A stretch of DNA of 51,404 nt, counting the filler, from Dimargaris cristalligena (Eukaryota), in assembly GCA_003614675.1 (NCBI GenBank). It is 2 parts of 2 records of this genome, joined end to end, with 100 filler letters (N's around TTAATTAATTAA, not from the genome) between each part and the next. Parts side by side here need not be neighbours in the genome. Positions count along the whole stretch, not along the records: positions 25,805 to 51,404 come from ML002559.1; 1 more part is not named here. The stretch is one strand, 5' to 3'. The notes under the pieces are model-generated. The model was not told the DNA's origin. It was given only the letters and a program-made list of their open reading frames with translations, and made no database searches. The stretch's first letter is position 1. The number at the start of each line of letters is the position of its first letter. A program made the position numbers and the translations under genes. Below are positions 37,351 through 49,609 of the stretch, one piece after another.

Positions 37351-40300
37351 GTTGAAAGGAATCCGGTGGATAAAGCAAGGGAGTAATAAAGAAAGATAGT
37401 AATAGGAATAGTAGTTAAGGAATCAGAAGAGGCTTCAACCAGGGACAATGCTCTCACCAAAAAGGAGGGGATCCATAGCACATAGTAATACCCCTCCTCC
37501 CTTCCATCTCTCTCTATTGTGCCTCGCTTGCGTTGTTGAATGGGGAGAATGGGTTTTGATGGTGGTGCGCTCCTATACCGCCCCCCTTCTCCTTACACCA
37601 TTCATGCTCTGCTCTTCTCCTCCATTAGAGAGAGAAGTATGTGTGTGGTTGGGGCAAAATCATAAGGAATTGTGGGTGGACAAGAGAAGACGTCTTTTTC
37701 CCATATCTATAATAATATCTACATTACTCCCATCTCCCTAAATTATTATCCCACTGCCCTCCTTCAACCGGCTCAGCAGCCATAGGTAGCCACGTGCCAG
37801 ATCACATTGGCCCTACATGGTCACGTGAATGCTGCAGGCTTAAGGAACTGTGGTGCTACCCAGGGTGGAGGGACTCAACGTGGTGGTAGTGGTCGTCGGG
37901 TAATACATATGGCTGGTTAGTAGATAGGGTTAGTTAGGGTATATCCCCTGGATCTGGTGGTAATGTGAGCATCTTTAATTTAGATCCAACACCATCATCG
38001 GTGGATTTATTTATAGGGTTTGAGGATTACTACTTGGACCTGGTGGAATAGCTGACACTGCTTCAATTTAGGATTAATTGGCCATAGTGGGGTAAATGAT
38101 TGGATACCATTGGGAAAACAGGCCAGGCAAAGAATTGGCCCACCGCAACTAACAGCTATCCGTTAGCCGCTCTAAATGACTGACCCCACCTCATAGTTTC
38201 CTGGGGATCCTAAATTGCAGGTACTCGTATGCCAGTCAAAAATATGAACATGCAACCATGTTCCTTTATGGTTTTTGCCTAGGCCACCAGGTTAACCCAC
38301 TACCCAATGGGTCTTCTGGGCCATTAAATATCCCCGCAATAATGGTCAGTTTATAGGCTATTGTTCAAGGACCAGTCTTGATGGAGGAGGATGCTATCTC
38401 CCCCAATATCCCCAATGTTGTTGCTAACGGAATTCACCAAACTCAACACCTGTGTATCAGAAAAAATATAGAGGTAGCACACACATCATCATTCAATAGT
38501 GATCAGTACTGCTTGCTCATTGATTACCATCATTGGGTATAAATAACCAAGGAATTCAGTACTGGCCCATTCTACTTTCTAAAGGGGAGGTAACCCACTT
38601 CCTTTTACTTACACCGACCCGCTCCTGCTATACCAACATACTTTACTGCCACAGTAACTACCTCTCTCTAAAGGGAATCTGTCAAACCAAAAGGTACCAT
38701 ATAGCTCTTCAAATCCATAACCCAAATTACCAGCTGGCAATCATCACTGGGGGGTGTGGACATACTTCAGCCCTAGCCTACGTCAGGTAGATAATTCCAA
38801 AATAAACTTAGTTTCGACTGACCCACCAATGCTTAGTGATTATTATGATTTAGTTACGAAGAAGGCATATCTGGATACATTTTTTTAGGGAATTGAGGTT
38901 GGTAATATTGGTTCTATCACATGTATTATGTTTATAGGGGCACAATCTAGCAAAATAGTCACTTCGTCAGTACCACCCTGGCGCAGTAGCCACGTATAAC
39001 CTATCCTTTCCCCGTAATAATGCAGCTAGGGGGACCATCTACCCGCATAGCGATAAAAATCACCAGTGGGGTGGGGTTAAGTTGGAAAGGTGGGTATAAT
39101 AACGAATGCTATACTGGGATCCCTCTTCTTTAAAATATACATACCATCGCTAAAGGCAAAATTGACAATTACAATAACTATCCCCGATGGGTTTATACTT
39201 TTACACTGTATCCATTTCCTAAGTAAGAACCCTACTACCCCATTACACCGCAAATTAGGTAAGGTTTGTTAATGTACCATACCACGTTCAATAAATAATA
39301 TGATCGATGTAACAACCACACCAGCCCACTGTTATTAACAGGCCTAGAATTGTCAATGAAGTATTATAAAAACAGTGGCGCAGAGGGGATAAGCCCATCT
39401 CTGCGAATCTCGGCCCTTTATATTCCCCCGTTTATTAGCTAGGTTCGATTTTTAATTAAGCCGACTATATTAACCGAAACCCAGTCCCTTTGAACGCTCG
39501 GTCGACCGCCCATGTGTAATTTTCATCGCCTCTTTAAGTGGGCGGCCTGCTTCCATATCGATGTGTCTGGCATTCCCCAATAGCTCCCATTTAATTACCC
39601 TGCGTGTTGATGTATTGAATGTCCTCCAAGGTGTATGTTACCCGCTTCCAAACAACATTGCATCAATAGACCATGTCGGTAATAGAACCCCATACGGCAC
39701 ACCACGCCTGAGGCACGAGCTCAGTGGGTTGTAGTAAAAGTGGGCCAAGGTATAGGAGGAGGCTTTTGATTTTGGTAAGCTTTCGAACAAAAGAGAGGAT
39801 GGCCTGGCACTAGTTCGTCCAGGGATTGATGGCCAATGACAGCTTTGGTTAGAGACATGGGCCTACCCCCTTGATCATTGGCATGTCTTTACCAGTTCGA
39901 CTGTTATGGTTCTCAAGTCTTATCCATATAGCTTGTAGCCAGGACAGCGATAACATGTATACAAGAAACACAGGTGTGTTAGAGCTCGTCGCCAACGACA
40001 CAAAATCCGACCGCTCTCAAAGCCTGTACTTACTAACTGGGGCCCACATCAAGCAAATATATACACCGCCTTGAATGATACAGGCCAGATCGGGCATATT
40101 GTAATGACTTGTACCATGACCTCGTCACTCATTTTACTACTTAACACGGGTGCACGAAATAATAAATGCCAAAGAGTTCGATACTAAATAAGCCGCCTGG
40201 CCCATAAATCAACACACATTAAATTGGGCTTCAAGGCGAATTTTGGCGATACTGAGAATGCTATACTAATAGGCCTTCCAGGGGAAAACGCAAGGGGAGT

Positions 40301-40847
40301 CCATTGCCATTGGGTTTCGCCCTTTAACTACATCCATGCAGTCTCTCACCACCATATCCGCTCATATATAGCAGTCAACATGTCCACACTAACCAGTGAT
40401 ACCCATGGCCAGATCCACTAGATAATATTTTATTTAGTATTTTGTTTAGATTTCCAAATGTAATATAAAAATAGTTGTGGATATCCACAACGGGAAATAG
40501 GGAGCAATGCTTTTTTAATGTAGCTGTATAGTTTTCAAGCGCAATGTAAAGTGAGCAAACAATAATAAATGGCAATAATACTACATGCATAATAATTAGA
40601 TTGGGTTTTGTTGGGGCTATTCAGAAAGCAATAGTACATATCATGTCGGGCCATTAGCCGATTGATTAATACATTAAAAATTCTAAACTAACGACCCGAA
40701 CTATGTGAATAGGCACAAGGTCTTCTTTTATCCTAAACACATCCCATTACCACACTAGCCAAGTTAGGCGATGTGTGGCCTAGCAGCCGGGTGAGCGGAG
40801 TGGATGGTAGCGGTTAGTAGTGGGGAGACAGAGTGACAGTAGACGAC

Positions 40848-42164
40848 CTAGCCATCACTACCATCGGAATCAAGGTCCACTTCCTCGGCGAGGTCATTAT
40901 CACTCGAGAAGGCCGGCCCATTAGGTACCTCGTCGTGGTCAGAGTCGGAGTCCTGCGAGGGATCAGAGTGCTCGCCGGCCAGCGAGTCCGAATCCGAGTC
41001 TGAGTCGCCACCACTCGAGTCACTGCTATTGGCCGCGTCAGGGTCAAAGTCGTTGTCGTCATCCTCATCGCCATCGCCGGCTTCATTGCCTAGCTCCATG
41101 TTGGCGATGGTCAGGTTCGAGTCGGCGATAGAGTGCTTGGGGTCGGTGGACGGTCCAGGGTGGTTAAGCTGGTCGAGGAACGAGCGAGCGGCAATTTGCT
41201 GGCGACGAATGTAATCGGTGATACGATCGAATTCGGCGTAATCGATCATGCCAAACTCGATGGTTTCCGAGAGGGCGGGAGAGGCGGCCCCTTGGCCTTC
41301 GGGAACCCGGTGCCGTTTGGAAGGCGGCTGCTCGTGGGGATGAGCATTGGGTAGCCAGTGGAGGTGTAAATTGAAGGTGCGCGATGTTATCCCGAGCACC
41401 TCCAAATCCTGGATTTCCGAGCGGGGGAAGAACAGGATGGGCTTTTTAAAGCCAAATAGGACGCCTTCGTCCAGGAAGTAGAGGTGCCCTTCCTTGGCCT
41501 TCCAGTAGCATTTGGCCGGAGTCCCGGGTGGACCGGGGGCGGGGACCAGCAGGGGCGTCTTGGGAGGTAGGTAGCGGGTAAAGACGGTCAGTAATCGCTG
41601 AATATTGGGGTGGGGAGACGAGATGGAAGAGGGGGCGAGGCCAGCCTCAGTAGGGTCGGCTTCTGATACCGGGAGGGCAGGGGTGTCCGGGGCAAGGCCG
41701 AACACCAAATGGGTTACCTGGGGGTCGCCGTCGGCGGCCATGGTTAACACGACTGTCCAGTGGGGCTTGGGCTTGTCGGGGGTCGGTACCAAAAGGACGC
41801 GGACCACGCTGGACAGCGGAAAGGCGGCTTCAACGTGGGGTGGCTGCTCGGGCTTGGTGGCGGTGAGGACCAGCTGGTCGGTGGTAAAGCAGCAGTCGAG
41901 TCGCTTTCGGGGTAGGCTGAAGGCCAGGTCCGGAATGTGACAAGGATATTCCCGGTCCTGGGGCCAGGATGTGGTGGTTGCGACGGCGTCCGGGGCCCGA
42001 GGTCGTTTGCCGGGGGTCAGAGTGAGGTGGCCAATGAGCCGTTCGATCAACGGGGCGCAGGTAGGCTGCTGGCGAAGAAACTCCCCGAGCTCCCGCCGCA
42101 GTGAGAGATCCGAGAGGGTGGCCAGGAATGGCGGCTCTGGGGAGGAGTCGGCGGGGGCTGGCAT
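40848..42164 (-). CDS. RTT106: Histone chaperone Rtt106-like double-PH protein, ~438 aa
   Basis: KAKEGHLYFLDEGVLFGFKKPILFFP, ITSRTFNL and IEFGMIDYAEFDRITDYI match the Rtt106/SSRP1 PH domain; acidic C-terminal tail. First ATG at 42164 (the track start at 42275 is non-ATG). Confidence 0.88.
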   Translation of the reverse strand: MPAPADSSPEPPFLATLSDLSLRRELGEFLRQQPTCAPLIERLIGHLTLTPGKRPRAPDAVATTTSWPQDREYPCHIPDLAFSLPRKRLDCCFTTDQLVLTATKPEQPPHVEAAFPLSSVVRVLLVPTPDKPKPHWTVVLTMAADGDPQVTHLVFGLAPDTPALPVSEADPTEAGLAPSSISSPHPNIQRLLTVFTRYLPPKTPLLVPAPGPPGTPAKCYWKAKEGHLYFLDEGVLFGFKKPILFFPRSEIQDLEVLGITSRTFNLHLHWLPNAHPHEQPPSKRHRVPEGQGAASPALSETIEFGMIDYAEFDRITDYIRRQQIAARSFLDQLNHPGPSTDPKHSIADSNLTIANMELGNEAGDGDEDDDNDFDPDAANSSDSSGGDSDSDSDSLAGEHSDPSQDSDSDHDEVPNGPAFSSDNDLAEEVDLDSDGSDG

Positions 42165-44879
42165 GGCGAGGTGGATGGCGAGGGACTGGGCTGAAGTGAA
42201 GCCAAGTGAAGTGAAGTGGAGTGAAATGGACTGAACTAAAGCCCAAGGCAGAATAAACACTACCCACCATAACACACGACCGCGACCCTAGACACCACAC
42301 ACCTCTCCCACTCTATTCCCCTGAGCCGCGGCGGTGGAACAATACTAATTCAATAAAACCCTCTAAGGACCTAAGATGGTGAAATTGGCTGATAAATTCG
42401 ACTGGGCCAACTGCGAATAATGCTAACCGTAATGCAATCAAATCACCTTGGAAGATGTTATTAATGCTGCTTCTTGCCTATATTGAGCTGGGGGAAACGG
42501 AGTGTGTGGGGTACGTCCCACTCGGTTGAGAGCCCGCTGCTCACCATGGGCAACGAGTTGGGCTGGTCATTATCCGAGAGGATTGGGCAGAGAGAGGGTA
42601 GGGGCGGCTGATGCACCTGAGTGCCCGATGTTACGCAGCAGGCGCCATAAAAGGCGGCGTAAAATGGCCGCTCCCACGCTGCCGCAATACCCCGTCATGT
42701 GGGTAGACGATACGGCCGGCCGTGACGATCCCATTTTCTCCCTCTACCACACTGAGTCTACCGGCTAACGCGTGCGGGGGGCACTGCCCGCAGACCGGAG
42801 GGGTGGGGAAAGGGGGCTATATAGTATGACCCGTCTTTGAGGGTCGTGTGGAGAGAGTGAGAGTGAGGGAATCAGTAATCATGGTTCCGTCGCAAAGGCC
42901 GTGGCACTGCCGGCCAGTCTAGGTTAGGTGCCGCAGACACCGGCAGCGCCACTACTCATTCCGCGCCCTACCCGCCCGCGCCCATCGCCAATCACAGGAA
43001 CCAAGCGCACAGGGGCCGCTATCGTCGCCGTCGCCGTCACCGTCACCGTCGCTTGGGGAAGTTGGTAATATAGTATATAGTATAGTGAGTGAGAAGGAAA
43101 AAATTCCCACCTTTTAACCCCATCATACGCGTGCGCATATACTGTTTTTAGAGGGTCGTGGTGTATCAATGCTCTATGCGCCTGACTACTATATATATAA
43201 TAATACCACTATCCAGCCTTCCAGGGTCCTGTGCGCCTCTCCCCTGTCTTCCACTCTCCTCTCCTCTTTCTCTTCTCTCCCTCTCCTCTTTCTTCTCTGT
43301 CTCTCACCTGTCCATTGTTATCTTTGTAATTATCATTGCAGCTCAACGTATTTGTCTTCGTTTCCCTGGCCTCTCCTTTATCCTTTTGCTCTGTGTGTGT
43401 TCCTTCGGCTTGGATGTTTTTAACCCCCACTAGCAGTCCTCCGTCTTCCCTACCCCTCTAGCCGCTATACTACTCCCCAGAGGACCCGCGCCGTTCTCGA
43501 TAACTCACTTCTCCTTTTCGCTGCGCTATCTTTAGAGTTGCCCTTGCCTTTCCTTACGGCGACCCTTGTGGTATTGGACCGGGTCCTCTCTCTCTCTCCC
43601 TCCTTCTGCGTTGGCTGTGGTTCGGTTGCCGACTGCCCGTTTCCCGCTAGTTGTTGTTGTTGTTGTTCGATACGGCGGCCCCTTTTCTTATATAACTGCC
43701 TCGCCAACCCTCTCTTCTTGGGTCTGCTCACCGGCTTCTTCCGTTCCCTTTCCCCATTTCCTCCGCATATTTATCTTCACCTACCTCCACTACGCCTCTC
43801 ACTCTAGTTGCATCTCCTCTACTCTCCACTTCCCCATTGCCTTTTGTTACTATAACCTTACCCCATTCACCTGGTGTTGCACCAACTCTACTTTTCACTC
43901 TCATACCACCCCCCTTGGGGCTCGTCCACTCCTCTAGTCACTTGCCCCCCTTTCCCACCCTAACTCACTGTTGCCGTGTCTATTGGTACTTTTCCCTCTC
44001 GACCAGTGTTTATCCTGCGCTCCCTTTCCTTTGCTATCGCGCTTCCCCCACCCACCTGCTCTGCGACTACTGCCTATACCCCTCCAACCCTTTTTTTTCA
44101 CTCAAACTCAAACTAACCCTCCCTCACTGCCATTCCTTAATTTTCACTCCCACGCTAGTTTTTTTGACCAACCCCCTTTACCCTTAAAACCCATATACCC
44201 TCCACTGCCCCCTCCAATTGCGTCTTTTCATCAATTTCATATACGCATACCCTTGTTTCTTTTTTCCCCAACTCCATACTTGAATGACCCATCTTTCCCT
44301 TTGCATCCTCGCCAATCGTATCATCTCCCTTAGTTCTTGAACACACGTGTACAATCTCCGTCCTGGCCACTTTCCTTCGGAACCACAATCTTTTCTCCCC
44401 CCATCAACCCATATATCCGTTGTTCGTTCCTTCCCCATCCTCACTGCAATACCACTTCATGGGCAGTCTTGTCCTTCACTTGCACCAACTCGTCATCTAG
44501 CCACAAGCTCGCCCCACTTTGTATAGTTCACGCTCCTTTATTCTGATACCCCGACCTTTTTTTCCCGCACATATACATATACATTTTCTCTCTCTATTGT
44601 ATTCTTGCCCTCACCATTCAATTCATTTAAACCCACAAGCTTAACCCTATAGTGCCATACGTCCACTTCCGACCTCGATACACCACTATCTGTATTCTGA
44701 CATTCTAATTGTATACCCCGACCAAACCTTAACACACCCCGAATTCCACAGTCCGTTCATCTGTATAACGCTTTTGTTCCCGTCATCCACCTATTTTGGT
44801 CATCTCATCCAGCCAGTCTCTGTACCCCTCACTTTATTTACACACACTCCCTCGCATCCCATCCTTTTATCTAACCATC

Positions 44880-46394
44880 ATGGACGCTCGTGAAGAAATC
44901 ACCACCATCTTCGTCGTCGGCTTCCCCGAGGATATGCAGGAACGCGAGTTCCAGAACATGTTCACATTCTACCCCGACTTTGAGGCCGCTACCCTCAAAA
45001 TCCCCATGTCGGGCAGCACCAGCGACGGCGAAGAACCCGCTGCCTCGTCCGCTGTGCGCAAGCAGATCATTGGGTTCGCCAAGTTCCGCACCCGAGCCGC
45101 CGCTCAGGAGGCCCGCAACATTCTCACGGGCCGCAAGGTCGACGCCGAAAAGAACTGTATCCTCAAGGCCGAAATGGCCAAGAAGAACCTACATACCAAG
45201 CGGGGTCTGGCCAGCAACGGTGCCGGGGTTGCCGTGCCCCTCCATTTGAACCACGACACTCTTCCCCTGGATAGCCCCACTACCTACCTCTTCCCCAACA
45301 TAACCACCGCCACTGCCAACCACCTCAGCAAGCGGTTCGACCCCTTCTGCACCTCGGCTCCCGTGACCCCCATCTCAGGGACCCACCATGCCAACAGCCT
45401 AGGCTCCTCGGGGTCGGGCGAGGCCCCCACCGCCGCCGACTTCTTCCCCTCCCACGACGCGGGGGTGTTTGACTTTTACGCCGACGGCATGGCCGGGCTC
45501 GATAACCCCGCTTCGTTCTTGCAACGTCGCAATTCGGTGCACCACACCATGCTCCGCGAGGCCTCCCCCGCCCTTGGTACCTCCGCCCCGGCCACCCGTG
45601 CCGTAGGCTTCGGCTTGGCCAAGACCCAATCGGAACGTCGCAACACCAACCCCGCTTCCCTGGCCCACATCAACCAGCTCTTCGGCACCTCCAGCGGATC
45701 CACGAATTCACTGGTTAACAAGAACCTGGACCTGGGTGGTCTGGGCGGCCGTTTGTCCAACCTGTCGTTGGGCCCTAGCACCCCTGGGGTTTCCCTGCCC
45801 GCTGCTCCCATTAGCATGAGCTTATCCAAGTCATCGGCCGGTTTCCCCGCGTCCTCCTCAGTGCCCAACGGGTTTGCCATCCCCCTAACCCGCTCCGTCA
45901 ATTCCAACGACCAGAACCCCCCCTGCAATACTCTGTACGTTGGTAACCTGCCCATGAATACCGCCGAAGAGGAGCTGCGCGGTCTGTTTACCCAGGCCCT
46001 GGGCTACAAGCGTCTCTGCTTCCGCCCCAAGCCCAACGCCGGACCCATCTGCTTTGTTGAGTTTGAGGACGTGGCCTACGCCACCCAAGCTATGCGGGAA
46101 CTCGACGGTCACCCCATTAGCAGCTCCACCAACGGCGGCATTCGCCTAAGCTTCTCCAAGAACCCGCTTGGCGTGCGTCAAGCCACCCCGACCAACACTA
46201 CCTCCCTCAACATGATGGGTTCCCTTCCGGTGCTGGGTGGATCGTATCCGCTTAACCTGGCCGCCCTTAAGGCTGCTTCCCACACTCCGCCCCCCTCCGC
46301 CTCCAGCCTATTTGGTTCGTCCCTGGGATCCCGCCATGCCCCAGGCCTGGACCATTCGCTGGGCCTCGAGCCGACCAGTGCGGCTATTCATTAG
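44880..46394 (+). CDS. Whi3/Scw1-like RNA-binding protein with two RRMs, ~504 aa
   Basis: N-terminal RBPMS/couch-potato-type RRM ([22 protein letters not shown]...IGFAKF...LKAEMAKKN) and C-terminal Whi3/Scw1 RRM ([15 protein letters not shown]...GYKRLCFR...[11 protein letters not shown]...[15 protein letters not shown]). First ATG at 44880. Confidence 0.92.
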   Translation: MDAREEITTIFVVGFPEDMQEREFQNMFTFYPDFEAATLKIPMSGSTSDGEEPAASSAVRKQIIGFAKFRTRAAAQEARNILTGRKVDAEKNCILKAEMAKKNLHTKRGLASNGAGVAVPLHLNHDTLPLDSPTTYLFPNITTATANHLSKRFDPFCTSAPVTPISGTHHANSLGSSGSGEAPTAADFFPSHDAGVFDFYADGMAGLDNPASFLQRRNSVHHTMLREASPALGTSAPATRAVGFGLAKTQSERRNTNPASLAHINQLFGTSSGSTNSLVNKNLDLGGLGGRLSNLSLGPSTPGVSLPAAPISMSLSKSSAGFPASSSVPNGFAIPLTRSVNSNDQNPPCNTLYVGNLPMNTAEEELRGLFTQALGYKRLCFRPKPNAGPICFVEFEDVAYATQAMRELDGHPISSSTNGGIRLSFSKNPLGVRQATPTNTTSLNMMGSLPVLGGSYPLNLAALKAASHTPPPSASSLFGSSLGSRHAPGLDHSLGLEPTSAAIH

Positions 46395-47831
46395 CATTTT
46401 CCACCATCATCCTATTTATTACTTTGGCCGGATTTCGCCATGATAGTATTGGGCTACCGAGCTGCTGTTATCTAGCCCCCCCATTCTTTCCTCATTGATT
46501 CAACCGATATATTCATATATATTTATCTATCTATCTATATACATATATATAATATTTTTGATCATTTTTCTTCCGTTCGGCCCGGCGCCGTAGTATACAC
46601 ATTTTTGACCCCTTTTCCACATTTATCTATTATATTAGTATTACCTGCCCCCAGTTGTTGTTGTTTTGATTTATCTATATGTTTTTCAATTTTTTGTGGG
46701 CGCTAGTCTTCACCCACCCCCGGCCGACGCGGGATAGCATTTCATTTCCATCCACGTGTGTGTTTAATTGATTGATTCCACGGCACCCCTTTTGTCACAC
46801 CTCCTTTCCCCCTACCGAGTACTCGAAGGCATCGGGCCGTGTAAGTATCACCTCGCTGGAACCTTACCACGACTCCCACGCCCCTTGTTGCTGCCGTTAC
46901 CTTTAAGCACCTCATTCAAATAGGCCCCCTCTGCCCTATGCTTAACCGACCCATTCCGTTTAGTACTGAACCACCCATCCCTCCCCTGGAAGGATATCTC
47001 ACGCATGTTACCCAACCGGTCACTTTTTGATGTTTGTTTTTTTACCAACCATTCCAGTATCGTACTAGCCTGGCTGTCCATTTATATAATCCTCTTCATT
47101 ACATCCTCACTCACATACTTCATAAAATACATTATCATCAGCCTCTCGTGAATTATCAGCTGGAATGAATTCGAATACATGCTTGGGAATCCCCCTAATA
47201 ATATCAAGTAAATATGTAGCAGGGACCAGCTTCTATGGAGCTGAGGAAGCCTCTTGGATGTTATTTCGCGAGATTTTAGCCTGGGTTGTGCTGGTTCCAC
47301 TTTGGTGGGGTGTGTGACACTTCCTAGTCTCAGTTGCCCCGCGTTCCACACACTTAATTGGAAGGCACGTTTGTTGGAATAATTGCCCTCTTCTACTCGT
47401 GCTTGGCCCTCGATGCGCTGCTTTGGATTAGCCTACTCGTCAATTCCGTCCATATTGGCAGTTCGAATACAATCGAACGAGAGTCAACAGGTATCCATGT
47501 ATTTGTAGTCGCCATTGTCCGTTTAAAGCGAGTCCAAAAAGGCCCAAATGGTTAGCGTTTCTTAGGGGCAGTTTCACCGTAAAAAGCTCTAGACCTCACC
47601 TACCAACATACAGTGGCTGACTCTAAGGTGCCCTGTTAGGGGGCTCTTTTCAGGTTCATTCGATTTGGTAGCTTCCTTTCCTCTTTTTCCATACCATTTC
47701 TCCAATACTTTTCTCCTTGAGTGTTGCCTCTTTTCTACCTTCGTTGTTAATTAGCCACCCCTCCCCGTACGGGTTATCCCTCCTAATTTCAACGTTTTGG
47801 GATCTCCCTGACTCGTTATCCCTCCTCAGTC

Positions 47832-49103
47832 ATGTAAGTGACCTAACTTATTTTTAAAGTCCGTAAGATCCACCAGCCGTCCGACCCTAGAAGCCCTCCA
47901 TCATATTGCTATTACGGTAGCACCCAAGCGCGCACTTCCTAACTGCTTTCACTCTGGGCTTCCCTTGCTCCACTACCATCCACTGCCCCTACTTTTTATA
48001 ATTGGTGCGCAGGTCTTCGCGCAGCCGTTCCCGCTCGCGGTCCCACCGCCACTCCCGCTCGGCATCCTACTCCCGATCGCGCAGCTATACGCCCATGTCG
48101 CGTAGCCCAAGGTAACGTTTAAATACCCCCCAGTTCATTCTCGTTCGAGCATATTCGCCTATGGTCTCTATAATTTGCATAGATCCCCTTTTCCACTAAA
48201 TTAGTATATTTTCTATTTGCTTACACCTCCCCCACCTTGATTATTGCCCAATATCCTATCCCCTGTAGCCCCCGTGCAAGCCTCTCCCGGAGTCGGTCGC
48301 GTTCGCAGAGCCCACCGGCTAGCCCCCGCCCATCTACGCCGGTCCCCAGCTGCTCGATCCGCATTACGGATGTATCGCGAAATGTTCTCCCCGACCACCT
48401 GCGGGAAATTTTCGCTGTGTATGGCCAAATCACGGGGGTGCACGTCCCGCTGGCCGGAAAACTACGAATTGGCACCGGGGTGGGTTACGTGGACTTTGAA
48501 ACCCCCGAGCAGGCGGCCGCCGCTGTGCATGGTATGAATGGTGGCCAGATTGATGGGGCCACCCTTACTGTAAAATTGTGGACGGGCTCTCAGAAGCCCC
48601 TGAAATTTCCGTCGCCGTCCATTCGATTTAACCGGTCCCGGGGTCGTTCGCCGCGGGGACGAATCGATCGCCGGGATAGTCGACCCCGTCGTATCCGAGG
48701 CGAGCTCTATTCTCCGTCCCGACTGGATCGTCGCCGCAGCTTCTCCCGCTCCCGCTCCCGGTCACTGCGTCGCCCGCACCGCCACGGCCGCTATCCTTAC
48801 CGGTCCCGGTCCCGTTCGCCCGTTCGTTCGCGACGCCGCTACCGCAGCCCCTCTTTTTCTCGCTCGCGCTCCCGTTCATCCCGGGGCCGCCGATCACGCT
48901 CTCCGGTTCGTCGTCGTCGCCTGTCCTCCCGCTCGGCTAGTCCAAGCCGGTCCCCGGGCTCCCGTCAGCGACGTCGCCGCTCCTATTCCCGCTCGCTGTC
49001 GCGCAGCCGCCGCCGCCGCCGTTCGCCCTCTCGTTCGTTCAGTAGTCGCAGTTATAGTCGGTCACCATCCTACTCTTCCCGCAGCCGTTCTCGTGCTCGG
49101 TAA
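47832..49103 (+). CDS. RNPS1: RNPS1/SR45-like RRM + RS-domain splicing factor, 3 exons, ~311 aa
   Basis: Exons 47832-47833 (AT|GTAAGT), 48013-48111 and 48269-49103 splice in phase. Ser/Arg-rich N-terminus, RRM (IRITDVSRNVLPDHLREIFAVYGQI...GVGYVDF...MNGGQIDGATLTV, typical of RNPS1) and a long RS tail. Confidence 0.85.
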
Positions 49104-49609
49104 TCGTATTGCCCAAATCGCAGTGGCCTTTAATTACCTTTCAGTATTTAGGACTTTGCTCCAATTAGTAGGGCTTGCTAAGCATCTGCCTTTTTATATT
49201 AAAAAGCAATTTTATATATTATACACGGTTGTGGCAAAGATATCGTAAACGCGGTTCCTGTAATCAATCCTAATTCTTGAGGAGCCTCACTTACCATAGC
49301 AGACCATGGTGACTGTAAAGCTCCATGCAGGCCATGGTGTAGGACGTAATGGTGATAAAGAGGGGGATAGATGAATTGCACCTTAGCAGCTTTGCTCAAT
49401 GGCTCTCCATAGGTCGGGTGGGAGTATTGGCAGTGTGTGTGGGGGGGGGGGGGGGGTGGTCTTAAGCCGTTGGGTCTTAGCCTGATTGACCAAAACGACT
49501 CGCCTGATTTAACAAAGTTACCCTTTTGAAATACCTAAACGACGCCAGCTCACGGCCATCCGTATTCGTCCTTCGCAACTTCCGTACTCCTAGTGTCCCC
49601 TGTCTAGCC

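Noticed and set aside
42165-42275. Hydrophobic N-terminal extension of RTT106 in the ORF track
   Set aside because: Non-ATG start, derived from short CACTT repeats; implausible for a nuclear chaperone.
17811-48897. Numerous antisense and alternative-frame ORFs overlapping the GC-rich genes
   Set aside because: Shadow ORFs caused by codon bias of the real CDSs.
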